Assembly: GCF_963921235.1 (NCBI RefSeq)
Contig: NC_086100.1
Span: 204,664,001 to 204,728,000 of the forward strand
Direction of reading: 5' to 3'
Length of the DNA stretch: 64,000 bases
Source: Mobula hypostoma
Taxonomy: Eukaryota
A program made the position numbers and the translations under genes. Below the pieces are notes generated by a model, which worked only from the letters and a program-made list of their open reading frames with translations, did no database searches and was not told the DNA's origin. Below, piece after piece: positions 24,470-38,235 of the stretch; the stretch's first letter is position 1; every line of letters starts with the position of its first letter.

Positions 24470-26905
24470 TTTTTTTGTGTCAGATGATCTTGGTTCAGTG
24501 AATAACGGGTTAACCTTGATACCAGTGGACTGTGAGGATTCTCAGTCACTTGTATTAGACCGTGGTTTAAAAGTTGGTGAAGAGGTGGAAATTGGTGGGG
24601 TCAGTGTTAATGAAAGTAATGGGAAAAATGCTGCTCCTGGACTTTTGGATAAAGTGCTGGAAACTGTTGGATTGGTTGTGCGATCTTTGAACCTGCTTGC
24701 AGGACAAAGCACTGCAGAGAAATGATGTGCTACTCTGTTGAATTTTGTTTGGACATTTGAACACTTACAAGGTCATGCTGTTATTCAGGGTGGTGGTATG
24801 GAAGCAAGTTGAAGGGAAGGTCGTAATCAGATGCGTGGATTGTATGGTCTCTTCCATAATGTATACATGGTTCTCATAAGCCTGGTGATGGTGCTAAGTT
24901 TGGGAAACAATGTTGGGAGGTTGACAGCTCTCCAAGATAAGAGTGTTTAAGCAATCCAGCTGATGAGCAAGGCTGTTCCTAGGGAACCACACAGAAAGAC
25001 TGATGTTCATCCCTCCTGGGTAGATACTCGCATGGTTAGGAAACCTGCTGAGGCCTACGATCACAAAACGAGAGGTTTAAATTATGATGATGTGTCAAAG
25101 ACTTTTCTACCTTCCAGATTTCAGCAGGACTTACAGGGTAGTGCAGCTGATGAGGATAAGGTGTATCAGAAAGGTTTGTCCTTATTTAGGAAGGAATTTA
25201 TAGAGGAACAGAAGCGAGATTCTGGAATGGTGGCTTCAAAGGAGATAGCTCTCACCGGAGAAGAGGTTTAGAGAGAGTCAGTAGGATATCACCTTAAAGA
25301 TGGGGTGTTGATGAGGAGATGGAGACCAGCCACTGTGCCTGAAAGTCACGTGGTGGTTCTGAAAGTTTACAGGGCTGAAATTTTAAACATGGCTTACAGT
25401 ATGCCTTTAGGTGGACATCATGGAGTGAGAAAGACAGTGAATAGGATTATGAAGGAATTTTACTGGCCTAGTTTAAGAAAAGATGTTGTGAATTGTAACA
25501 GGATTTGCCATACCTGTCAAGTTCAGAGGAAATCTAATCAGGTTGTTCAGATAACACTACTTAAACCGATATCTGCTTTTGGTGAACTTTTTCCTAGGGT
25601 CATAGTGGATTGTGTAGGCCCATTGCAAAAGACTGCAGCTGGTTATCAGTATGTGTTATTAATTATGTGTGCTGTGTCTCAGTCCCCTGAAGCAGTGTAT
25701 CTTGAAAATATCGAGGCCAAGACTATGATGAAGTCATTTAGTAAGTTTTACACACTGGTAGCTCTGCCCAAAGAAATTCAATTTGACCAGGGCAGTAACT
25801 TGACTTCGACAACATTCCAGGGGATAGTTGGAGAATTGGAATCTAGGCACATGGTGTCATCTGCATATCACACAGAGTCTAAGGGAGGCCTGGAACGGTT
25901 TAACTCAACTTTTAGGACATGATTAAAGTATATGGTGTGAGAAATGGGAAAAATTGGGATGAGGGGGTTCCCCTCCTCTTATTTATTGTTGGAGATTCGA
26001 TTCAGAAGGCAGTGAAGTGTAGTTTGTTGGAACTTGTATTCAGTTACAGGCCAAAAAGACCTTTGACCCTATTCAGAGAACTATGGCCTGATTTAGGAAA
26101 ATGTGTCAGTGTGTTTAAGTATGTTTGAAAATTCTGGGAAAGATTTAATAGGCTTTGTTTCCTTGCAAAGGGAAGTTTACAAAATGGCTGAATCAAAATA
26201 AAACACTTGTTTGCCAGAATTGCAGCTGGGAGAATTGTTATGGAACAAAATGGAGTCATGGAATCTGATAAAGGAGTGGAAAAACATGTTTACCCACTGA
26301 ATCTAGTCTCACCAAGATGTCAGAATTACATTGTTTTGGAAAATATTACTGATAATGTCCATCAATTGGACCCTAAACCACAAAAACAAGTGAAAAGACT
26401 AATTAGCATTTTGAAATGGTGCACAGGTGCAGTGCATCATGTCATTATAAATTCAGCCCAGCCCATGAAACAACATCTTCACAGAATGAACTTTGGAAAA
26501 ATAAAATGGTTGAACAAGGAATTAGAAACAAGTAAGAAGAGTGAAAGATTTGTATGGAATGACCTTTGCCAGGAGGCATTTGAACGTCTGAAATCCATCC
26601 TGTGTTATCATCCTGTGCTCAAAGCACTTGATTTTTCCAAGCCATTTTCTATAGCAACAGACGCTAGTGACGAAGCTGCTGGGGCAGTACTGTTACAGGA
26701 AGGAGTGGATGACATTGAATATCCAGTAGCTTATTTCTCAAAGAACTTCAGTGTGCACCAGAAAAAAATTATTCAACTGCTGGAAAGGAATTACTAGCAC
26801 TTATTCTGGCCTTACAACATTTTGAGGCCAATGTTAAAAAAAAAAGACCTCGAAATCTTTCTGTTGTCCAGAGACCACTTGTGGTTTACATGGCTTATAA
26901 TCCGT
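24470..26905 (+). mobile_element. Decayed Gypsy internal region with integrase upstream of RT/RNase H (Gmr1-like order)
   Basis: Integrase GHHG...CHTCQ, IVDCVGPL, IQFDQGSN, LERFN at 25305-25922; RNase H-side motifs ATDAS..AGAVLLQ..PVAYFSK at ~26640-26760. RT core mostly deleted. Confidence 0.8.
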
Positions 26906-27007
26906 TGATGGGATCCTGAATTACCCCTATGAACTGTGCTCGTTTACCCCTATTAACTGTGCTTTTGAAGAGAGAGAGAGAGTTATTTAACACCAACATG
27001 TTGTTTT

Positions 27008-27042
<35 letters not shown>

Positions 27043-27899
27043 AGGCTAACTGTTGGACTGTCACTTTAAGGAACGAGAAAGAACTGGTTAACTTTTGGAT
27101 TTCTGCTGAGTTGGAGACAGCACCGAGCAGCTCGTAAGTTGCTATGGTGACTGAGGGCATTATTTAATGGACACTCGATGCTATGATTTTTGGCAGGTTG
27201 TTGATACTTCTCAAGGACAGTTCGCCTGCTTGTGATTTCTTACAGAGAGAGAGGAAGGAGGAGTTATTTGAGTGACAGTTGGTGCTCAGCATGGGAAGAT
27301 AAAATAGGAGGTCAGATGATAGACCTCAGACACATGATCTGGACAATGAATGAGCATTGTTGTGCCCGCAGAAAAACTGGGTTTTGGAGGATCGATCAGT
27401 CGCTCTTGCAGTGAAAAAGTAAAGGGTTGACTGGTGAGGGGTTGTCCATGTGTCCACCCTCGCCTGGAGGATGGCTCCACCACAGAAAATGGGTCCCCTT
27501 TGTTAAAGTCACAGTTGGTGACTTTGAAAGGATTTCGAAGGACAACGAGAAGATCGACGCCATCAGCACACCTGAAGACTCAAATCTCTCCCACTTTCTC
27601 TCTCCATCACTACTCAACTCAATACCATGAACTGAACTGAACTGAACACTACTCATCATTGTAAGACTGTATCTTTTTACCCCTAGACTTAAAGAAGCTT
27701 GGTTTTTCACATATATTTCCACACTTACTGATTTACTTACTTATATATATAAAATCATTGCTAACCTGTTTGATTTATCTACATTTATATTACTGTATTG
27801 CGTAGTTACTAATAAACATTATTAGTTAATAGCAATACTGGACTCCAAGGTGTTTTCTATTTCTGCTGGTTCTTTATTCCCATCACGGGGTATATGACA
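26905..27899 (+). repeat. LTR-like sequence (~1 kb)
   Basis: Ends ...cacggggtatatgaCA with AATAAA at ~27811, internal (AG)n runs and (actga)n; 5' end uncertain. Confidence 0.5.
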
Positions 27900-28040
27900 T
27901 CAGTTAGCCCTGACGAAGGGTCTCGGCCCGAAACATCGACTTCGCTTTCTCCAATGGATGCTGTCTGGCCTGCTGCGTTCCACCAGCATTTTGTCTGTGT
28001 TGCTTGAATTTCCAGCATCTGCAGATTTCTTCATGTTTGC
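27900..28040 (+). mobile_element. Penelope 3' end fragment with hammerhead motif (27906-27941)
   Basis: agcc-CTGACGA-agggtctcggccc-GAAAC-ATC-gact followed by the usual PLE tail ...ccagcatctgcagattt. Confidence 0.8.
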
Positions 28041-28044
28041 CCAG

Positions 28045-30420
28045 ATTATTCTGACTTTTTCTCCCTTGTCAGTCAGCCAACCTTCAATCCATACAAGTAT
28101 CTTTCCTGTAATTCCATGAGCTGTGATCTTGTTAAGGAGTCTCATGTGCAATACCTTAGAAACTGAGAAAATCTGCAGCACAATACAGGCCCTTCGGCCC
28201 ACAAAGCTGTGACAAACATGTCCTTACCCAAGAACTACCTAGGCTTACCCATAGGCCTCTATTGTTCTAAGCTCCATGTACCTATCCAGGAGACTCTTAA
28301 AAGACCCTATCGTTTCCGCCTAAACCACCTCTGCTGGCAGCCCATTACACACACTCACTACTCGCTTACAAAAAAAAAATTACCCCGATATCTCCTCTGT
28401 ACCTACTTCCAAGCACCTTAAAACTGTGCCCTCTCATGCTAGCCATTTCTGCCCTGGGAAAAGACCTCTGAATGTCCACACGATCAATGCCTCTCATCAT
28501 CTTATACACCTCTCATCCTCTGTCACTCCAAGGAGAAAAGGCTGTGTTCACTCAACCTATTCTCATAAGGCATGCTCCCCAATCCAGGCAACATCCTTGT
28601 ATATCCCCTCTACACCCTTTCTATGGTTTCCACATCCTTCCTGGAAACCATAGAAACCATAGAAAAACTACAGCACAGAAACAGGCCTTTTGGCCCTTCT
28701 TGGTTGTGCCGAACCATTTTCTGCCTAGTCCCACTGACCTGCACACGGACCATATCCTTCCATACACCTCCCATCCATGTATCTGTCCAATTTATTCTTA
28801 AATGTTAAAAAAAGAACCCGCATTTACCACCTCGTCTCAGAGCTCATTCCACACTCCCACCACTCTCTATGTGAAGAAGCCCCCCTAATGTTTCCTTTAA
28901 ACGTTTCCCCCCTCACCCTTAACCCATGTCCTCTGGTTTTTTTCTCTCCTTGCCTCAGTGGAAAAAGCCTGCTTGCATTCACTCTATCTATACCCATCAT
29001 AATTTTATATACCTCTATCAAATCTCCCTTCATTCTTCTATGCTCCAGGGAATAAAATCCTAACCTACTCAACCTTTCTCTGTAACTGAGTTTCTCAAGT
29101 CCCAACAACATCCTTGTAAACCTTCTCTGCACTCTTTCAACCTTATTAATATCCTTCCTGTAATTTGGTGACCAAAACTGAACACAATACTCCAGATTCG
29201 GCCTCACCAATGCCTTATACAACCTCATCATAACATTCCAACTCTTATACTCAATACTTTGATTAATAAAGGCCAATATACCAAAAGCTCTCTTTACGAC
29301 CCTATCTATCTGTGACGCCACTTTTGGGGAATTTTGTATCTGTATTCCCAGATCCCTCTGTTCTACTGCACTCCTCAGTGCTTTACCATTTACCCTGTAT
29401 GTTCTACCTTGGTTTGTCCTTCCTGCAGTGAGGCGACCAGAATTGAGCAAATTACTCAAAGTAGGGTCTGACCAGGGTCCTATATAGCTGCAACATTACC
29501 TCTTGGCTCTGAAACTCAATCCCACGGAAGTCAATGCACTGTATGCCTTCTTAATCACAGAGTCAATCTGCATAGTAGCTTTGAGTGTCCGATGGACTTA
29601 AACCCCAAGATCCCTCTGATCCTCCACACTGCAAAGAGTCTTACCATTAATGCTCTATCCTGCCATCATATTTGACCTAACAAAATGAACGACCTCACAC
29701 TTATCTGGGTTGAACTCCATTTGTCACTTCTCAGCCTAGTTTTGCATCTGATCAATCACTATCCCGCTGTAACCTCTGACAGCCCTCCACACTATCCACA
29801 ACACCCCCAACATTTGTGTCATCAGCAAAATTACTAACCCAACCCTCCACTTCCTCATCCAGGTCATTTACAAAAATCACGAAGGGTAGGGGTCCCAGAA
29901 CAGATCCCTGAGGCACACCACTGGTCATCGACCTCTATGCAGAATATAACCCATCTACAACTGCTCTTTGCCTGCTGTGGGCAAGCCAGTTCTGGATGGA
30001 CAAAGCAATGTCCCCTTGGATCCCATGCCTCCTTCCTTCCTCAATAAGCTTTGCACGGGGTACCTTGTTAAAGATCATCTGAAAATCCATGCAAACAACA
30101 TCCACTGCCTCTGCTTTATCTATCTTGCCTGTTATTTCCTCAAAATATTGCAAGAGATTTTTCAGACACGAATTCCTCTAAAGGAATACGACCAACTTTG
30201 GCCTACTTCATCATGCGTCCCCAATTACAGTACCGAAAAAACTCACCCTTAATACCATCGAACATATCCCTAACCACTGAGGTCAGACGAACTGTCCTAT
30301 AATTTTCTTTCTTCTGCCTCCCTCTCCTCTTAAAGAGTGGAGTGACATTTGCAACTTTCTAGTCCGCCAGAACCATTCCAAAATCTGGTGATTAGTGACA
30401 GATTATTACTCATGACTTTA
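28045..30420 (-). mobile_element. Nested CR1 fragments, including a family-E copy at ~28644-29423 inside an older CR1
   Basis: RT C-terminal ORF 28824-29459; tail (gaaaccata)n at ~28644; older CR1 RT remnants on both sides. Confidence 0.8.
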
Positions 30421-30839
30421 AGAGAAAACTAAGGGGGAACTTGTTCATTCAGAGGTGGGGAGAGTGTGCAACCAGCTGCCAGTGCAAGTGGCAGGGACAA
30501 TTTCAATCTTTAAGATAAGTTTGCTTAGGTCCGTGGATTAGAAGGATATGGAGGGCTATGGTTCAGGTGGAAGGTGTTGGAACTCGATAGATTAATGCTT
30601 TGGCAGAGACTAGATTGAACCAATGGCATTTTCCTGTCTTGCAGTGTTCTATAACTCTAATGCCTTCACAATCTCTACAGCTACCTCTTTCTGAACCCTG
30701 GGGTGTTCACCTACTGGTCCAGGAGTCTTATCTACCTTCAGGCCTTTCAGCTTCCAAAACACCTTCTCTCCTTGGTAAAAGCGTGTATCCTCACTTCTGC
30801 CCCAGATACTCCTGAATGTTTGGCATTTATGTAATAAAT

Positions 30840-33315
30840 TTAATGACACAATTGTAGTGGGTGACTTCAATCTGCAGGAGAATTGGGAAAGTCAGATTTG
30901 TGTCAGATCGCAAGAGAGGGAATGTATTGAATGCTTACAAAATGGCTTTTTAGAGCAGCCTACTTGGTGGAGCCTACTTGGGGAACTGCTATCTTAGATT
31001 AGATGTCGTGTAATAACCCAGATCTTATTATGGAGGTTAATGTAGAGGAACCATTAGAAAGCAATGATAAAAAATATGATTCAATTCTACTGCAATTTGT
31101 GAGGGAGAAGCATAGGTCACATGCATAGTATTGCAATGGAATAAAGGGAAATACAGAGGCATGAGAGAGGTGATTCCCCAGGTGGACTGGAGAAGGATAC
31201 TGCTGGGGATGACGCCAGAGCAGAAATGGCCGACAATTCTGAGAATAGTTCATAATGTACAAGATAGATGTGTCCCGCAGAAGTAGTTCTCAAACAGCAG
31301 GGCGAGGCTACCGTGGCTGACAAACGAAGTTAAGGACTGTATAAAAGCTAAGGAAAGTGCTTATAAGGTAGAAAAAGTGAGTAGGAACTTAGATAATTGG
31401 GTAGCCTTTAAAATCCAACAACAGACAACTAAAAAAAAGTTATATGAAGGGGAAAAGGTGAAATATGAAAGCAAACTAGTTAATAATATAAACCGTTATA
31501 AAAAATGTGAAAGGGAGGCGAGAGTTTATATTGGATCTCTGGAAAATGATGCTCATGGGGTAGAAATGGGGAAGAGATAGTAGATGAACTTTATAGGTAT
31601 TTTGCATCCATCTTCTCTGTGGAAGATACTAGCAGTATGCCAGAGATCCGTGAGTATCAGAGAGCAGGAGTGAATGCTATCACCATTACAAAGGAAAACG
31701 TGCTAGGCAAACTCAGGTTCTTAAAGTGGATAAGTCACCTGGACCAGATGGACTACATTCCAGAGTCCTGAGAGATGTTGCTGAAGAGATGAAAGATGCA
31801 TTGGTCATGACCTGTCAAGAATCACTTGATTCTGGCATGGTCACGGAGGACAGGAAGATTGCAAATGTCAATCACTCTTTGAGAGGGGAGGAAGGCAAAA
31901 GAGAGCAAATTATAGTCCAGTTAGCCTAACCTCAGTGGCTGGGAAAGCGATTGAGTCTATTATAACAGATGAGGTTTTGGGGTACGAGGAGACTAATGAC
32001 AAAATAAGTCAACCAGCATAGCTTCTGTCCAGGGAAATCTTGCCTGACAAATCTGTTAGAGTTCTTCAAGGAAGTCATCAGCAGGATGGACAAACGAGAG
32101 GCAGTGGATGTAATTTAATTGGATTTTATGAAGGCATCTGATAAGGTGTCACACATGAGACTGTTTAACAGGATAAAAATCAGAAGAAATGCTGGCATGG
32201 ATGACAGGAATGGCTGACAGCAAAGAGGCAGCGAGTGGGAATTAAAGGGGCCTTTTCTGGTTGGCTAGCAGTGACTAGAGGTCTTCAGGGGTCAGTATTC
32301 TGTCCGCTACTTTTCACATTATTTGTCAAAGATTTAGATAATGGAATTTGTGGCTTTGCAGCAAGGTTTGTGGATGATACAAAGATAGCTGGAGGCGTTG
32401 GTCATGCTGAGGAAGCAATGCGATTGTAGCAGGACACAGACAAATTTGAAGAATGGGCAAAAAGAAGTGGCAGATGGAATACAATATTGGGAAATGTACG
32501 ATAATGCATTTTGGCAAAAGTAACGATATGAACTATTATCTGATTGAGGAGAAGGTTCAAACAACAGAAGTACAGAAGGAAATATGAGTCCTTGGGGAAG
32601 ACTCCCAAAAGGTTAATTTACAGGTTGAGCCTGTGGTGGAGAAGGCAAATGCAATGTTGGCATTTATTTAAAGTGAAGTAGAATATATAAGCAAGGAGAT
32701 AATGCTGATACACTACTTACTATCAATGCTGATACAGAAGACACTACTTAGGCCACACTTTGCGTATTTGTGGCCCATATCTCAGAAAAGGTGTGTTGTC
32801 ATTGGAGAGAGTCCAGAGGATGTTCAAGATGATTCCAGGAATGAAGGGGTTAAGATATGAGGAGCGTTGCCAGCCTTGGGCCTGTACTCCTGTACTGACC
32901 TATGTTTAATAAATGCGGGTGGAGGGGGGTAAATCTCACTGAAACTCACCGAATGTGGAAAGGTCTAGAGAGGATGGATGAGGTGACGACTTTTCCTATG
33001 GTGGGGGTAGCCATAACAGAGGGCACAGCCTCAAAACTGAGGAGCGACCTTTTAGAGTAGTTAAGGAGGATTTTATTTAGTCAGAGAGCAGTGAATCTGT
33101 GGAATTTTCTGACACAGACGGCAGTGGGGGCCCAGTCTGTGGGTACATTTAAGGCAGAAGCTAATAGTTTGCTGATCAGTCAGGGCATTACAGGATATGC
33201 CGAGGAGGCAGGTGCATGGGGTTGAGTGAGAACTGGGATCAGACATGTTAGAATGGCACAGCAGACTTGATGGGGCTGAATGGCCTAATTGTGCTTCTAT
33301 GTCTTATGGTCTTAT
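30840..33315 (+). mobile_element. Old, heavily decayed CR1 ORF2 with 3' tail
   Basis: DKSPGPDGLH, GSVFCPLLF, RFVDDTK remnants; tail ...ggctgaatggccta...tcttatggtctta. Confidence 0.8.
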
Positions 33316-33599
33316 ACTGCCAGTGCCTTACACAGTGAAGAATGACACAAAATACTTATTACATTTGGCTGCTATTTCTTTGCTCTGTTACTAACTCGCC
33401 AGCATCATCTTCCAGTGTTAGTGTCAACTCTTGCCTCTCTTTTACTCTTTATATATCTGAACAACTTTTGATACTTGATATTATTGGCTCACTGACCTTA
33501 ATTTTTCATCTTGTCTCCTGCTGGTTATGTGAAAGCTTTCCAATCCTCTAACTTCCCACTATTTTCTTGCTATATTATATGACTCCACTTTTGCTTTTA

Positions 33600-33850
33600 T
33601 TAAAAACAGGAGAACATCTGCGGATGCTGGATATCCAAGCAACACATACACAAAATGCTGGAGGAACCTAGGAGGCCAGGCAGCATATATGGGAAATAGT
33701 GAACAGGCGACGTTTTGAGCCGAGAACCTTTGTCAGGACTGGGGAAAAAAGGTGAGACGTCAGAGGAAGAAGTGTGGGGGTGAAAGGGGTGGAGGAAGTG
33801 GTAGGTGAGAGGTGAAACTAGGAGAGGGGGAGTAGAGAACGAAAAAACTT
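33600..33850 (-). mobile_element. Degenerate Penelope 3' end
   Basis: atctgcggatgctgg...caaaatgctggaggaac with a decayed hammerhead motif at ~33705-33740. Confidence 0.6.
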
Positions 33851-33869
33851 CTTAGGATATAATTTCCTT

Positions 33870-35060
33870 CACCATTCTCGAAAGGTCATTGCTAATGCCT
33901 CCACATCTCCTCAGCCAACTCCTTCAGATCTCTGGGGTGTACACCATCTGGTCCAGGTGACCTATTTACCTTCAGACCATCTGTTACCCAAGAACCTTCT
34001 CCCAAGTAACGCAACTTTACACATTCTGACCACTGACATCTGGGATTTCCATATTCTTGCCAGTGTCTTCGACAGATAAGAGTGATGTACAATACTTATT
34101 CAGTTCATCCGCCATCACCTTGCACCCCCACCCCATTGCTACCTCTCCAGCATCATTTTTCAGTGGTTTGATATCCACTTCCACCTCTTTCTTACACTCT
34201 ATGTACCTGAAGAAAAATTTGGTATCCTCTTTAATATTACTGGTTAGCTCACCGCTGTATTCCATCTTTTCCTTCTTAATTATTTTAGTTGCATTCTGTT
34301 GGTTTTTAAGCGCTTCCCAATCCTCTAACTTCCAAGTAATTTTTGCTCTATGCCCTCTCTTTGGTTTTTATGTTGTCTTTGGTTTCTCTTATCAACCACG
34401 GTTTTGTCACCTTACCTTTAGAATACTACTTCTTCTTTGTGACGTGTATATCCTGTGATTTCTGAATTGCTTCCAGAAATTCCAGCCATTGCTTCTCTGC
34501 TTTCATCCCTGCCTGTGCTCTTTTCAAATTAATTTTATACCAATTCTTCTCTCATGCCTCTCTAATTCTCTTTTTTCCACATCTGACTTTAGCTTCTCCT
34601 TCTCTAATATCAGGGTGAATTTGATCATATTAAGATCACTTGCCCCGAAGGGTTCTTTGAACTGAAGTGATCTAATTATTTCCACTTCATTACAACACCA
34701 AATCGAGAATAGCTGATCCCCAAGTGAGCTGAAACCACGAGCTGCTCTAAAGAAGCATCTTGCAGGCACTCTGGGAATTCATCTTCTTGAGACTAACACT
34801 ATCCTAATTTTCCTAATCACCTGCATGACAATTGCCCATGACTATTGTAACGTTGCCCTTTTGGCACACATTTTCTATCTCCCATTGTAATTTGTGGACC
34901 ACATACCTACAACTGTTTGGCAGTCTCTATACAATTCCTATCAGGGATTTTTTTTTTAACATTTGCTGTTCCTTAATTCTACCCACACATTCTACACCTT
35001 CCAACCCTATGCCACCTCTATCTAATGATTTTATTTAATATTTTACCAACAGAGCCACAG
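33870..35060 (-). mobile_element. Decayed CR1 ORF2 5' half
   Basis: RSPGPDGVHPR, ADELNKY, SDLNMIKF remnants. Confidence 0.75.
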
Positions 35061-35229
35061 AACGCCACTACCAGCTTGTTCTTTCAAGAAACAAATACGT
35101 ATCCGGGAGACAAGACGCTAGAAATCTAGAGAGCTATACACAAAGTGCTGGAGGAGCTCAGCATGTCAGGCAGCATCTATGGATGGGAATCATCATTTCG
35201 GGCCAAGACCCTTCATCGGGATTCTTGAT

Positions 35230-37510
35230 ACCCACGTATCTGGAATATCAGCAAGCAAAGAAAATAGAAAGTAGTGCGAAATAGGGAAAATCTTTGACAA
35301 AACTTAGTTCAAGGCTTAAAAAAACCTGCCAAACAGAGCTCAATAGTTAACAAATACAACAAAGGCAAGAAATACTCTCATCAATACCGACATTGACTAC
35401 TTTTTTAATAAAAATATCTTGGTCCCATTTCAATCAGTAAAATTTACAAAGAGAAATAAGAACTTTAGAAAACTTTAGAAAAGACTATTTACACTCAGAC
35501 CCACTTAGATTAACACGACCTTGGACAGACAGAGGAAGAGAAATAACACACATGAAATTTTTAAAAAATCACACAACAGTCAGATAAAACTTCTAAATAT
35601 CTATTTTTATCAAAAATAAACAGGATTCAGCACTCCATGTGTGTATATGTAATTGTGATAGGAAATACAGGCAAGAAAACTTAAATGAGAGGTTAACTCA
35701 GAAAAATGAATCATCACTATGGAAGAAAACATTAACCAGTGGAATGAGTATGACCCTCCATGGGAGACATCCCAATGATCTGAGCAGACGAGATGGTGAC
35801 AAGGAAGCATCAAGCACCTGACTGAGAGTTGGAGACCTCTTTCCAGAAACAGAGGGGTTCCTTGCAGAAATATAGGACAAGGTGGTGAACAAAAGGAAAA
35901 AAAAAATGAAAATTCTTGGAATACAAACAAACAAGGAAATGTGCAGCAAATGCCAAGAGAAACCAGACACAATCCAACACATTTCATGATCCTGCAGCAG
36001 TTTAACTCAATCTGATTACTTACAAAGGTACAATCAAGTGGCAAAAATCTTGCTTTAAAACACAAACTCATGAATGCCCTCCATCACTTCAAAAAGGTGC
36101 CATAAATTCAAGCCTGATCCAGTTTTAGAGTCAAAATATTACAAATTGGATGATAATCAATACATTATAGGTCAATCCATAATAACCATCCGGATATAAT
36201 ATTACAGGATTGTTGTTATTCGTCCTTCGTAGTCGAAGACGACCATGGCTTCAAAGTCAAATGGGAGATTGGTGGCTGTGGGTCCAGAGGTGACTGATGA
36301 AGCCAATCCGGGCTCTGAAGGCTCGCCCACATGTGGGACACAGGTGGGTGGGTGCTGTCGTGGCAGTGGATGCTGCTCAGGCCTTGCGCACAGCACGCTT
36401 TCGTTGCGCCTCGATGATGCGCCTGACTTCAGCTGCACGGGCTCCTGTGGTGATCTTGCTGCGCCAAGCTGGACAGTCGAGGGCAAGTGTCTCCCCCGTG
36501 TTGATGTCGACACCCAGGCCTTTGAAGGACGCTTTAAGGCAGTCTTTGTAACGTTTCTTCTGCCCCCCGACTGAGCACTTGCCCTGACACAGTTCTCCGT
36601 ACAGCAGCTGCTTAGGCAATCAGCTGTCTGGCATTCTGACCACATGTCCAGCCCACCTGGCTTAGGCTTTCAGCAGGAGGGTGTAGACGCTGCAGAGCCC
36701 AGCTCGTTCCAGGATTTCCGTGTCGGGGACTTTGTGCCACCTGATGTGGAGGAGTCCACGGAGACAGCTCAGGTGAAAGTGGTTGAGCTGTTTGATGTGT
36801 CTGCTGTAGACAGTCCAGGTCTCGCTGGCGTAAAGGAGGGTGGTAAGGACCACTGCACAGTAGACCTTCAGCTTGGTGGTAAGGCTGAGTCCTGTCCGCT
36901 CTCAGACGTTCTCACGGAGTCTCCCAAAGGCGGCGCTGGCTTTGGCAATCCTGTTGTTGACCTCAGCGTCTATGTTCACTGCGCGAGAGAGTATGCTGCC
37001 CAGGTAGGTGAAGTTGTCGACTGCCTGGAGGTTCTGGCCCTTCACCGTGATGCGCGCCTCCTGGTATGACTTTCCTGGGGCAGGCTGGTACATAACTTCG
37101 GTCTTTTTGGTGCTGATAGTGAGACCGAAGTTGTCGCGGGCTTGTGAGAAGCAGTCCATTTCACGCTGCATCTCCTGCTCTGTGCTGGCGTTGAGTGCGC
37201 AGTCATCAGCAAACAACAAGTCTCTGATGACAATCTCCTGCACCTTTGTAACCGCCTGCAGGCGCCTAAGGTTGAACAACCTGCCGTCAGTCCTGTACCT
37301 GACGTGGATTCCTTCTTCGTAGTTACGGAAGGCATCTGTCAGCATGGCAGAGAATGCCACACGAACAGAGTCGGGGCAAGAATGCAGCCTTGTTTGACGC
37401 CATTTGTCACTGGGAAGGCCTCCGACTCGTCGCCGTCATCCAGAACTTTCACCATTATATTACAGGATAAACAAGCAGGAACAACGCCCTCAACAGATAA
37501 GAACATTCCT
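35230..37510 (+). mobile_element. Decayed R4/Dong-like LINE (restriction-like endonuclease clade), interrupted by an RTE
   Basis: LHGRHP, LRVGDLFPETEGFL, C..C.EKPDTIQHI..C, YLQRYNQVA and NNHPDIILQDK motifs across frameshifts. Confidence 0.7.
36211..37456 (-). mobile_element. 5'-truncated RTE LINE
   Basis: GVKQGCILAPTLF, DLLFADDCAL, FTYLGS, LLYGEL; short (caa)-type tail; 12-bp TSD atattacaggat (36199-36210 / 37457-37468). Confidence 0.93.
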
Positions 37511-38235
37511 AGCACACACGTTCTTCGACCAGTGGAGCACCTCACCAAAGGTGTTGTTTGTGTCATCAGTCAAAGAACCGAAAGATTTTCTCTGTCAATC
37601 AGCTTCCAAATGTTGTTACTGACATTCGTTGTCACGCCCTGCTGCTGATTCCTTCTCCTCATCATACGTTTTTACCCCGACCATCGTCCAGAGCCCCAAA
37701 CTCTGCCCTGTGCAGGCCCGCCTCTGGTTTCTGACCCTGCTCCATTGGGCATCCAGATAATGGTTTCCCATTCTGCTTTCAGTCTTCAGAGGACAGTGGT
37801 GTTTTCTAACAACCCTTTATAAGCAGGGAAAATGACCCATAATGTGGAAATGAGTTGTGATTAAGGGGGATAACTACCAATGTCATCCTTCCTCAGCCCA
37901 GAGATTAGAGGTTCGAAGAACTTCTCAGACAGAACTGCAGTCAGATCGACTTCTTCAGACTGCAGAAAATTCATGGGAAACCTCTTTACCCACAGAATGG
38001 TGACTGTTTGGAATCTATCACCACAGGGAGAGTGAGGGGGACCAAGGGAGGATTTAAAAGAACTGTCATGGAACAGAATCACTGGCAGGGTCCAGCCGGG
38101 CTGAGTTGACTCTGCACTGTCCACTAGTTGTGTTATAAATTCACTAAGTACCAGAGACAGAGTTTAAAATAGAAGTGATTTATTTGTCTCAGATCAGGAA
38201 TATTAAACTCCAGTCTCATTAAAGGTGAAAATGCA

